This document shows positions 36,914 through 47,407 of a stretch of DNA of 48,932 bases, one piece after another. The position numbers and the translations under genes were made by a program. Position 1 is the stretch's first letter. Each line of letters starts with the position of its first letter. The DNA comes from Ionaspis alba (taxonomy: Eukaryota): the NCBI GenBank assembly GCA_964255285.1, contig CAXUUL010000040.1, positions 1 to 48,932 of the forward strand. The letters run 5' to 3'. Below the pieces are notes generated by a model. That model did no database searches and was not told the origin of the DNA. It saw nothing but the letters and a program-made list of their open reading frames with translations.

Positions 36914-37759
36914 ATGAATATATTCGACATCGCCCTTGAGATCCGGCTCAAGATCTACTCAGAACTCCTCGTTCTCTCAGAACCGATCCTCTTTGTAGCT
37001 GACAATGGAGCGCCATCACCGTCACCGCCACTCTTTCGGTCCGAAAGGGACGGGCTGTGTCCAGCTCTTCTCCGTGTCAACAAGAGGATGTATAGCGAAG
37101 CTATCACACTACTCTATTCCTACAATCGCTTCCGATTCCCTGAAGTAATCACCTTCACACCATCTATGACAAGCAGCGCCCACATCACCCCGTTCCTTCA
37201 CCAAATTGGACCCCAAGCAAGCCATATTCGCCATATCTGCATTCCCTTTTTTACCTTCGACTATTATTACCAGCCCGATAGAGCTCGGCTTGACGAAACG
37301 CATGTTGAAAATCTAGAACTCATTCGATATCGCTGTACAAGCATAAGGACTCTTGAATTGTTGGTCCCATCGAACCAAGCGAGGAACGCACTTGGCTGTC
37401 CGCCAGTCGTAGCAAAGGCGCTAGATCTACTCGATATTCACTTCAAGAATATTCCCTCCCTTAACGAGATTGTTATTAATTTCGAGGTGTACCCCGAACT
37501 GGATCTGAACGATGATTTGATAAAAAAGATACACGATCACGGATGGAGTGTCAAGGTCACAACACTCCCCGAGTGAAAATGGATCTCTGTGGATGGTATG
37601 GTCGAGTTTGACAACAGAGAAGACTGCGAGGCATATGATAATGAGAAGTTCCTTATTGACGAACGGGAGAGGCAGCGGGAGAAAAAAGAGGAGTGGTTGG
37701 AAGTATATCACAGGAGAAGACGCGATCCTTATTGGAAAAACGACTCAGACTACGATTGA
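36914..37759 (+). pseudogene. F-box-like protein gene with one in-frame TGA at 37574-37576 (220 aa to the TGA; 281 codons to the distal stop)
   Basis: N-terminal MNIFDIALEIRLKIYSELL and PALLRVNKRMYSEAITLLYSYNRFRF motifs of fungal F-box-like proteins; after the TGA the same frame continues KWISVDGMVEFDNREDCEAYDNE...RRRRDPYWKNDSDYD*. Confidence 0.7.
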
Positions 37760-37800
37760 TTACAGTTGGTAGTATTCTATACCTCCACTGCACCATGGTG

Positions 37801-37888
37801 TGGGTTGGGTTAAGTTGGGTTCTACCTCCTTCGACCCAACCCAATCGGGGTCGGGTTATGGGTCGGGTTTAATTGACTGGATTGGGTT
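37801..37888. repeat. Cluster of GGGTY pentamers with a perfect 10-bp inverted repeat
   Basis: TGGGTTGGGT (37801-37810) / ACCCAACCCA (37834-37843) plus further GGGTC/GGGTT units to 37888. Confidence 0.6.
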
Positions 37889-37904
37889 CTCCTAGGGCGT
37901 TGTT

Positions 37905-38160
37905 AGTGGGTGTATTTTATACTCACTTGTTCTTCAGAATGGCAATATCGGTATTGTTTCCAAGAGCGTGGCTCGGAATATTATGCAGGATTAGATACTC
38001 GTCCTCAACGATTTTGCAGAAGATATCGAGCTCCCGTACGATCCGTCCAAGGTCCAAAACACAGACAGTATCCAAATATGCCATATTACTTTCTTGAATA
38101 AAAACAAGTGCCGTATTCGCGATATTCTTCCTGCCGATTACTCGTGTAAATTGCCCAGTT
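37905..38160. mobile_element. Candidate degenerate MITE
   Basis: Imperfect inverted repeat: tatactcacttgttcttcagaatggcaatat (~37918-37948) vs the reverse complement of atattactttcttgaataaaaacaagtgccgtatt (~38083-38117); non-coding, several ATATT/GTATT motifs. No clear TSD. Confidence 0.3.
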
Positions 38161-39565
38161 CGTTGCATGCTTTCTATCACCCAAAACAGATATAAAGCTG
38201 CTGGGTGTGCGGCATCGCCAATCTAGTTGGCATCACGGCGGGCCATCCTGTCCGCACAAGGAGCTCAGTGTACGAGATTGTGTCCGTTCGAGGACTGGGA
38301 AGGATGTTAAAGATGCCCAACAGCGCAGAGGAGCGGCATGCTCACCCAAAGGGATGACGGAGGCGGACTTCGGGGCGGCGGCAGTCAGGCTGCTGGTGCT
38401 GTGGTAAGAGAATTCTGTTACCTTATAGAAGAAGGCTCTCCACAAACCAGGCGGCAAGGCGGCGTCGCGGACGTACTTTTCTAGGTGGTAGCGGTCTCCA
38501 ATGTACAGGAACAGCTACAGCATATGGCTTATACAAAGCTATGAGAAACATTGATACATGCATAGAGTCTAAGTTACTTGAAATCAAAGTACCCTATTGT
38601 TTTCCTCGAAACAGCAGGTTTCTCGCTACGTAGGAAGGGACGTTAGATCAATAGGAGCTGTTGTGCATATTTCTCACTTGTCAGTGTCATCCGAGGTCCA
38701 TGGACTGTTCGTGAAACATTCGCTGTCGCTGTGGTGCATAGGTACTTTGTGCTCACAATCCGGCCCAGTGGTCTTGGATTTTGCCAACGAGAGATAAGAA
38801 CATGATAAATCGTCGTCGTCTATCTGGATATGAGCTTTCACGATCAACAGGACATTGCTCTAGATGAAACAACCCTCTCACAACACCATACTCGTAAACG
38901 TCCCAATCCGCCCGTCGCACAAGGGTACAAGCCCTACAGCCGGAAGAGCTTCCCTTAAATCACAGCCGAGTATCCTCGCCAATTAGACTCCATCTCTACC
39001 TCTTCGCTATCAAGGCACCGCTCCTCGTACCACCGAGTTTCTACATCAAAACACCACTAACAAGCAAAATCCCATTTCACTCTATCAGCGTATCTCTCAT
39101 CACGAACTCATTCACCTGACTCGCCAGATCTGACAAAACCGTTGCAACAGTGAGATCGAGCCAACCAATTACCTAATAAGCCTCGGCGCTCTAGCGCCTC
39201 CGTACGTTCCTCCCTACCAATTACGCGCATCGTTGTACATAATAGTTTCATCCGCTGCCCTTCCATTGCGCTGCATGCAGCCCCGTTTGCATGTCATATG
39301 TGAGATGCCTTTCTTCCGGTCCCTGGCGGTAGTTCGTGATTCGGGGGGCAACAGAGAAATGGAGCTCAAATGCCGCGGAGATTTTGCGAGTGATATCATG
39401 GGGGAGGGGGAACGTGAGTCGTACTTGCTGTTTTGGAGGTTGTGAGTTTTCGTCGTTGCGGATATGAGTGTTTTGCTTCTTGGATACTTTTACTCTCTTG
39501 TTCAGCTACTCTGAGTCAAGGGTGCAATTTCTCGTTGACTCTCTTCGTCTCTTCCCTTTGCTGTC

Positions 39566-41185
39566 ATGGATCCGGCTGCCACGGACCTGTCAGACTCTGC
39601 TACCGAACGAGGTCGGGATGATGGTAGCATGAGGAGCAGGAGCGGCTCGAGAGTCTCGAGGGACCCGACTGAGGTACCTTCTGTCGTCGACGATGTAGGA
39701 ATGGGGTACATGGCACAGGACGACATGGATGAAATACCCAGACGTGAGGAGAAAGGGATCAGGAGAATTATATATCATTTCACGCCGTCGTATGCCTGCC
39801 TTGTCTCGATTTCATGATACTCAATACTCTTCGTCTACTCATGGCAGTCAGCTGATTTTTATTTTTGAAGATGGTTCTCTGTCACCATGGGCACGGGGAT
39901 TGTGTCCATAGTCCTCCATGCCATGTCCCTTCCACCATCTGCTACTACGCCAATCTTTTGGCTTCACATCCTGAGCCTCATCTTCTTCGTCTTCAACATC
40001 TTCCTGTTTGCCCTCTTCAGCCTTCTCACAATTGCAAGATACACCCTCTATCCTCACCTATGGAAGACCATGCTCGCGGACGCGTCGCAAGCCCTTTTCA
40101 TAGGGACGTTCCCGATGGGCTTCTCGACCATTGTAACGGTAGGCGTTGCGGTATGCGGTGAAGATGCTGTTACTCTTTGGTGGGCATTGTGGTGGATTGA
40201 CGCTGCCGTCTCCGTTGTGGTCGCGTTAGGATTACCATTCTTAGTGTACGAAATCTTCCCCCTATCCATATGCTCTAGATCCATCTTCACATAACCCGAA
40301 GACATGCACTGATGGCCTGTCTAGGATGTCGACGCACAACTCGCCTCTTTCCTCTTTCACAGCTATCTATCTCCTACCCCTGGTCTCCCCCATTGTCGCC
40401 TCATCTACAGGCTCTGTCGTGGCGTCTTTTCTCCCTAATCCTGTCCACTCGCTCTGGACGATCACGACCTGCTACGTCCTATGGGGCATTGGTGTTCCAA
40501 TGGCTTCTGTCATCCTTGTCATTTACTCACACCGCCTTACTGTCCACAATTTGCCGCCTCGCGAAACTCTTGTCAGTGTGTTCCTGCCTCTTGGGCCACT
40601 GGGCCAAGGGGGATATGCGGCGATGATGCTCGGAAAGGTGAGCATGAACATTTTCCCGAAGATGGGTGCACTAGGCACTGCTGCGGAGCTCGCCAGCTCC
40701 TCCACCATTGGAGAAGGGTTTTTGCTTGAGAGCGGTACTGTAGGGACGCAGGCTGGTGAAGTGCTGTATATTATGGGTTGGCTGGTGGCGCTTATCATGT
40801 GGGGCTTCGGCTTGGTGTGGCTTTTCTTCGCCGTGGCTACCATTAGTCGAGGTCGCTTTCCTTTCAACATGGGATGGTGGGGTTTTACGTTCCCGGTCGG
40901 AGTCTTCGGCATGTCAACGATGACTTTGGGGAGAGAGATGCCAAGTTCATTCTTTGAGATCTTGGGAATGGTATGTTTGGCCGCATAAGGAGTCCCCTCC
41001 CTCCACAGAATCGATTCTAATTTGAGGTTCAGATACTTTGTGCCGCTGTCATTCTGCTATGGATGATTGTAGCTGCTGGCACTTTATGGAAATCGTTCAC
41101 TGGTGAATTGTTTCATGCTCCTTCTCGGGTGCGGAAGAAGGAGTCGGAGAAATGGTCGAGAAAGAGCAAAAGAGAGCTCACATGA
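39566..41185 (+). CDS. SSU1: TDT/SLAC1-family transporter, Ssu1-like sulfite efflux pump; exons 39566-39789, 39871-40245, 40325-40970, 41033-41185
   Basis: HFTPSWFSVTMGTGIVS, LFIGTFPMGFSTI, LWWID, LLPLVSPIVASSTG, VSVFLPLGPLGQGGY, FPFNMGWWGFTFPVGV, LFHAP; about 10 TM helices. Confidence 0.88.
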
Positions 41186-42134
41186 CAGAGCCTTGGAGCA
41201 AACACGTCGCATTTACAGTTGGAATCGCATAGTGAGAAGTCACGTAGAGGTATACTTTGATCTGGGACGATTGAGATGTTGGTTGCATCTACCTCGAATA
41301 CCGACGGTGGATCGTTGTATATTCTGATAGAGTAATTCTATAAAACAATTTGACGTCAAATGATTATCTTGGCGAACACTTCTCGCCTCGCCATAGTTGA
41401 CTTCCACCCTTTTTTTGACGCGGACAGAACTGTTGTCATACCCACATATATCGAAGGGGTAAAAGGATATTAATACTGATGAAAATTCCGAAGCACCATT
41501 CTGACAACAAGACATCACACTCATTTACCAGACACTACACAAGCCAAATCTCGAATCTTCACTTCCAGATGCATCGATGTTCCCCTAGCGCATTGCAGGG
41601 TCAGAGACCGGATCAGTGTCTAATGACACCGATCCAAATTGATGGCAGACTTCCCGAGGGAAGGTTACAGCCAGTACAATGGTATTTGTATCTAGTTCCG
41701 AGTATGACCCAGCTCAGGCAAACCAGCTTCAAGATATTAGGATGCGTAAGGTGGTGTAAAGGCAATATCGCCAGACAGCGACGCAGAGAAGGTCAAAAAT
41801 GGATGAGACAAACTCGATATAGCAGATATAAGAACGATAAGAGCGAATGCTGGTGCGAGTGGACGGGCAGATTATTCCCACTACTCCACAATAAGTAGCC
41901 TAAGTGCGAGGTAAGACATGAGCTTTGTAGCAAGGACTCGTGAAATACTTGCTGTATATGTGGACAAATTCCTACCAGCCTCTCAAGCGCGTTGTGAGGC
42001 ATTAGATATCAATATCGGGGGGTCTTCACCGCGCAACAAAATAATAACAATAACAATGAAGAATAAGTCCACACGTCTATAGAACTTAGCTCAAAGATCA
42101 TGTGTGACGCGTAAATGGATGTGAGCCAATTGAT

Positions 42135-42234
42135 NNNNNNNNNNNNNNNNNNNNNNNNNNNNNNNNNNNNNNNNNNNNNNNNNNNNNNNNNNNNNNNNNN
42201 NNNNNNNNNNNNNNNNNNNNNNNNNNNNNNNNNN
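42135..42234. other. Scaffold gap (100 N) with exact 55-bp flanking duplication
   Basis: 42080-42134 is identical to 42235-42289. Confidence 0.95.
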
Positions 42235-42563
42235 TAGAACTTAGCTCAAAGATCATGTGTGACGCGTAAATGGATGTGAGCCAATTGATAGTGGAGTCAA
42301 CAATCGGAGTTGACGCGCTTCTGCAAGTACAAGGTCACTCCACTAGCGTGTTTTTCGCTTCGCTTTCCCTTTTCGTCGCCTGACCATAACAATGCCATCA
42401 CAGATAAAGCTTCCCAGCTCAGCACCAGAGACACGTTTTTTTCAACTTTGCTCATTCTCCCATCTTCGCATCTTTCTTGTATACACTTTGCTGGAATACA
42501 TGCTGTACACTTTGCCCATCTTGTACCCTTCACAGATACCAGAGCCGCACTTGCTCCGTCGCA

Positions 42564-44012
42564 ATGGTGAGTGACAAATGTGCCGCTGCACGAACATCCA
42601 TCTGCAGCACCTATTACCAACACTGGACCTTCTCTAATTGAGTGCGCAGAACTCCAGCACCTTGCGCCGCTTAGCTGCCGATCATGCCTCGCTCCACAAA
42701 GCAGATCTACCACCATACTATCTCTTTGCGCCTGCCAATTCCTCGATGCCTGATGATCTGACCCAGCTTACCATCCTCTTGACCGGCCCGGAAGGGACCC
42801 CATATTCGGGAGGCGTATGGAAGCTTCATCTCAAGATTCCTCATGACTATCCAAAGTCCCCGCCAAAAGCATCATTCCGGACAAAGATCTGGCATCCCAA
42901 CGTAGAGGAGTCGACCGGCAGTGTATGCGTCGACACATTGAAGAGGGACTGGTCCTCGAAGCTTACGCTTCGAGACATTCTCATCGCAAGTTTCTCCACA
43001 ACATTTCCCTCAGTTACCGTGCTAACATATTGCCAAGACAATCTCCTGCCTTTTAATCCAACCCAATCCGGATTCTGCCCTCAACGCTTCTGCAGGAAAG
43101 CTTCTCCAAGAAGACTACGAATCCTTTTCACGTCAAGCCCGCCTGATGACCTCCATCCACGCGCCCATCCCGCAAAACCTGTCCGCCGCCGTTGCATCAG
43201 CCAAAAGCCGTGGTGAGCACAAACCAACGGCCGCATCCACAGCTACAAAGCCCACCCGCAAACGGCCGCACTTAGCTCTTGAAACCCTCTCTCTCCTACC
43301 CTCCAACCCCTCACCACCATACGATCTCGAATCCGAATCCGACTCCGACTGCGAAGACCCGGACACCGCCTCCAAAGAAAATAACCCGTCGCTCTCCCCC
43401 TCGCCCGTTGCAGCTCCCATACCGCCACCCCATCGCCGTCCCAGTCTTCCCAAACGCCCGCTTTCCGACCTTCCCACACCGCTGGACTCAGACAGCTCCG
43501 ACTCCGAAGAACCAATCACCTGTTCAACACGCAACATCGCAGCGAACACACCAAACCTCTCTTCGACACTCTCTACCATGGCCGTATCCAGCGATGCACA
43601 GCGCGTCGCCAGAGTAGGCGAGGGGCCTCGGGGATCATGTTTGACACCTCGAGGAACCGCTTTCGATGTGCTCTCTACATTTCCTGCCTACGGTGACACA
43701 ACGCTCGTCATGCCATTCGAAGACTCTGCCGCATTTGCTCCCGCACGACACCAAGTTGTGGAACGACAGCGGGTGTCCTCTCAACCGCCGAGGAAAAGAC
43801 TGTGCTCTTCTGATGAGGATGGCGAGAAGGAGAACGCGAGCCGAGACTCTGGGCGTGAGATGGCTGAGAAGGGTACGGGCATAGCGGCGGCTGGACCAAA
43901 GGCACCGGCGCTGATGGGATTGGGGTTGAATGCAGCGGCTGCGGCGCCGAGGAAGGTGGGGGCGAGGACAGTGGGGAAGGCGAAGGGGAGGGTGGGGTTG
44001 AGGAGGTTGTGA
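42564..44012 (+). CDS. UBE2S: Ubiquitin-conjugating enzyme E2 S-like; exons 42564-42566 (ATG only), 42650-42985, 43038-44012; second intron GC-AG
   Basis: [29 protein letters not shown]...[35 protein letters not shown]; long disordered tail ending GLRRL like the UBE2S C-terminal peptide. Confidence 0.9.
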
Positions 44013-44099
44013 GGGGAGGGAGAGAGGATGTGGATCTGGTTTTGTGGGAAGGAAGGGGTTTGTCCATTGTTTGTTGGATGCATAGCGCGCTGAGTGATG

Positions 44100-44199
44100 N
44101 NNNNNNNNNNNNNNNNNNNNNNNNNNNNNNNNNNNNNNNNNNNNNNNNNNNNNNNNNNNNNNNNNNNNNNNNNNNNNNNNNNNNNNNNNNNNNNNNNNN
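44100..44199. other. Scaffold gap (100 N)
   Basis: Run of N; truncates the 3' end of the minus-strand F-box gene. Confidence 0.95.
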
Positions 44200-46619
44200 C
44201 ATTCCCAGCATTCAAGCGGTTCAGCACCTCTGGTTCCGGCCAGACAGCAGCACCCAGCCGAGGCCTGCGTAGCAAGCGAGCGATTCCGGACGATCTTGGA
44301 CAACGAGTATTCATGCTCGTGGGTTTAGGCCCCACCAGGGGGCCAGAGACGTCGACAGCTCTGGCAAACATCCTCCAAATCTCCACTTCTGTTGGAGTCA
44401 AGTCCATCCCATTTAAGTCCTTCCCATTTACTCGTATAGTAGTTGGCCAGTCAGTGGTTGGCTGACATGCGGCAGGAGCCGACTCCTCACTGCCTCGAGG
44501 CCGGACACATAAAGGTTGGTCGTCCGACCCATGATCTACCGCACTATTGGCAGGCATAGGCGGCGTTGGTTGAACCGATAGGCTGGAAGGTCGGGGCATT
44601 ATCCTCTTCGATTGTTGCACTCTCAATTGTGGAAGCAAGTCTGGCATCAGAACCGGTCGCACAGTGACCGCCTTGCCCATGACGTGTTCTAACGCCGCTG
44701 TGGATCGGGACCGCACTCCGGGCCCCTGTTCAGCTAACAGCCTCATTTCGTGCTCACGAAACATCAGATAGTTCATGCGGAGTTGGGCTTTCCGCTTGTG
44801 TTCGACAGTGTCCACCTTTCCCGTACTCAGCTCCTTCTCCAATCGCTCCACCTCGTCAAGCTCGACACAAGATACAAGAGCGGTCCCAAGACGAGATTCC
44901 CACAGTATGGAGGAACGTACGGCACTGCAATGGTAGTCGGGCTGGACACGAAGAAATTCACTTTTGTGCTCGGACGATGTCCCGACGAGTGTGAGTGATT
45001 TGAGAGGTGGATAAGCAAGAGCTTTCCTGGATTGAGGTACCAAAGTGCTAGGGCGGATAGGTCCTGCTCCTTTTGGTCTCAACACAGTCATATTGCGAGG
45101 AGGTTTCGATGTTCGGAGCCCAATTGACGGATCTAGAGCTCCGAGAGCGCTTGATGGCAGATTTGAGCACTGAGACGTATTGTTGCTCGTGAGCTGGGGT
45201 GTACAATTCAAATAGTGGGACCAGGCATCGCTGGTAAGCCGAATGGTCGAGACTTCGACATTGGAGTAGGTAGGAGGCTTCAGTACCCAGATAGAGGTTG
45301 GACCGGATAGATGCACAGAATCATGGCCATCTAAGGGTACGAAAGGACGAAGGGTGAGGTGCTCTAGGAGCGGCATAGATCCTTTTATCCACGTAATTTG
45401 GGTAAAAGGCCAGCCCGTCGTCCACACGAGATCGAGAGACAGAGTGTGAACATGTGGCACAAGGTTGTGCAATGATGCAATATCTTGACACTTTAGATGG
45501 GTTTTCTTGTGGGCAGGCTCCACCTCCGGCGATGTGAGACGTCCGGCATGAAGAGTCAAGGTGTGTAGACTCGATTTCAGTGGTGCCAGCCATGGCAAAT
45601 CACCGTATTCGGCAAGCCCTGTGACGTCGAGGACTTCAAGCGATGAATTCCGTTCGACGAAATCCTTGAACCTTAGAGGGACCCAAAGTAGATTGGCGTG
45701 CACTGGCATGCACGTGCCCGTGAAACACTTGAGGTTCTTGATAGTTGGGTTTAACCACCAATGTGCCGAATATTGACCAAGTTTGAGCCGTTCGAGCCTC
45801 GATAGGTCCACCGGATTGACCCAGCGAGGCACCCTCCAGCGTGCGCCTGGCCATAGTCCCGACAGTGTCAGCGACTGTAGCTGGGAGAACACTTTGTTCA
45901 AGTAGGGATGTTCTTCAAAAGTGCTGGTATCTTCGAAGTGTAGTTCGAGGACATTGAGATTTTGATACACCGCCAAAGTCTCCTTGAGGGCATGGAAGTT
46001 CTCGATCCTGGGCCATGAGAAGAACTGAATGACGCTATTCGATTGTGGCAGAGTAATCCCGGAGGCGTCCGGCCCCATGGACAATTCGAACCCAGGGTTC
46101 CTCTTCTCTAGCATGATGAGAAGTAGGTCGAGGACATCGTGAGAGGGTATGTTCCAACTAACGTTGAATTAGTGACGTATTTGGCAGGCTCTTAGTCACC
46201 TTACTGTAACCGCTTCAGCTTGGTCGTTTTGACAAGGAGCATTATCAAGTGCTCCCGCTGTTCAGTTCCTATGAAACTGGGGATTCTCTCCTTACTATAT
46301 GTGGATTCACGAGGCCCCACATATATCTCTCGGATGCCCTCGGCCAGGTGGCGATCCTTGGAAAGCCATTTGACCAAGATAGGGAGTGCTTCGTTGGACC
46401 TCGGGGTAAAGGAAACGCGGATACTATGGTAGACAAGAGGCTTTACCAGCTCATCGAGTTTCGTGGAGGTTAGCGACAGGGCAAGTAGTGACGGCAAAGA
46501 CAACTAAATATAAACGTCAACCAAGCCAAAGTCGTTTTTGCAGAGGGCATATGAACCTGTTTGAAGATGATGCGCAGAACATCGAAGCATGCAGACTGTA
46601 GGTGGTCTTGCCCCGTCAT
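44200..46619 (-). CDS. F-box/LRR-like protein, 3' end lost in the gap; exons 46619-46557, 46503-46205, 46157-<44200
   Basis: Spliced N-terminus LQSACFDVLRIIFKQ|LSLPSLLALSLTSTKLDELVKPLVYHSI (F-box-like), then LRR-like LNVLELH, LQSLTL, LERLKL, LEVLDV, LHTLTL, LEHLTL; open frame up to the gap. Confidence 0.75.
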
Positions 46620-47407
46620 CCTGGGGATATTGAAGGAACTGGTGCGGAGGTTGCCCTATGTTCTTGGCCAGGGTCTGGGTGTCTGGCTGGATGTTTGACT
46701 TGGTCCGTACGGTTCGAAAAGTGAATTGAACGAACCGTCAAGCTATCTTATTGACTGACACCCTGACTCGGACTGCAAAGCTGATGCGTTGAGAAGTGTT
46801 GGTATTCGTGGATGAGAAAGGGATAAATATCGAAAGAAGATTGCTGCAGGCAACGGACTATTTATACCTTGCACTGATAGCAACACTTGATCTTTAGTGG
46901 CTCAAATTCGATGTTGATCACTAAGCAAGGTGTGTTGAGACGATACTTGTCTGGGTGTTGAAAGCCAAAAATTCCTTAAGAAGTTCTATAAACACAGCAT
47001 CACGTTAAGCCTACCGGGCAGACCGCCAATAAAACTTTAGTAAGCGTGAGTAGTCACGCTGCCTAACTCGTATCTCTATTTTATATTAGTACAGCATTGT
47101 GTTTGTTGCCCGCCTCAACAGAATCTTGGAGACGCCAAGAGGTATGTGTTGAAAGTTGCGATCTCGTGAAATAAACATGAAGAGGAAGACTTTTAAACCA
47201 TCACTGAATTGTTTGGTGAAGATCGAGCATGGAGATGCTGAATTAGTCCTTGGATGAACGGCGTGAAGGTCGGTTCAAGTCACTGCTCGCGGTATCGGGA
47301 AGGGTAGGAAATCTGTGCTCCGCTTGCAACAAGTTCCTTCCAAAGGACTGCCACTGCAGTTGCCCAAGCCTCGACAGGCCCGCTGTCTACGCTGGTGGAT
47401 CGACCCT

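Noticed and set aside
38207..38510. GC-rich coding-like patch (minus strand LYIGDRYHLEKYVRDAAL...)
   Set aside because: No start or splice context and no recognisable family; at most an unidentifiable relic.
39200..39510. TPP riboswitch in the SSU1 leader
   Set aside because: No CTGAGA / ATACC / CTGAT-type aptamer core visible, and the gene is not thiamine-related.
41240..42010. ORFs of 69-139 aa downstream of SSU1
   Set aside because: Atypical composition and no motifs; probably spurious.
44001..44012. C-terminal RRL of UBE2S as a peroxisomal PTS1
   Set aside because: Better explained as the conserved UBE2S APC/C-binding LRRL terminus.
43781..44199. The 777-aa ORF appearing to overlap UBE2S in antisense
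   Set aside because: The frame is carried through an arbitrary 100-N gap; the real stop probably lies in or near the gap.
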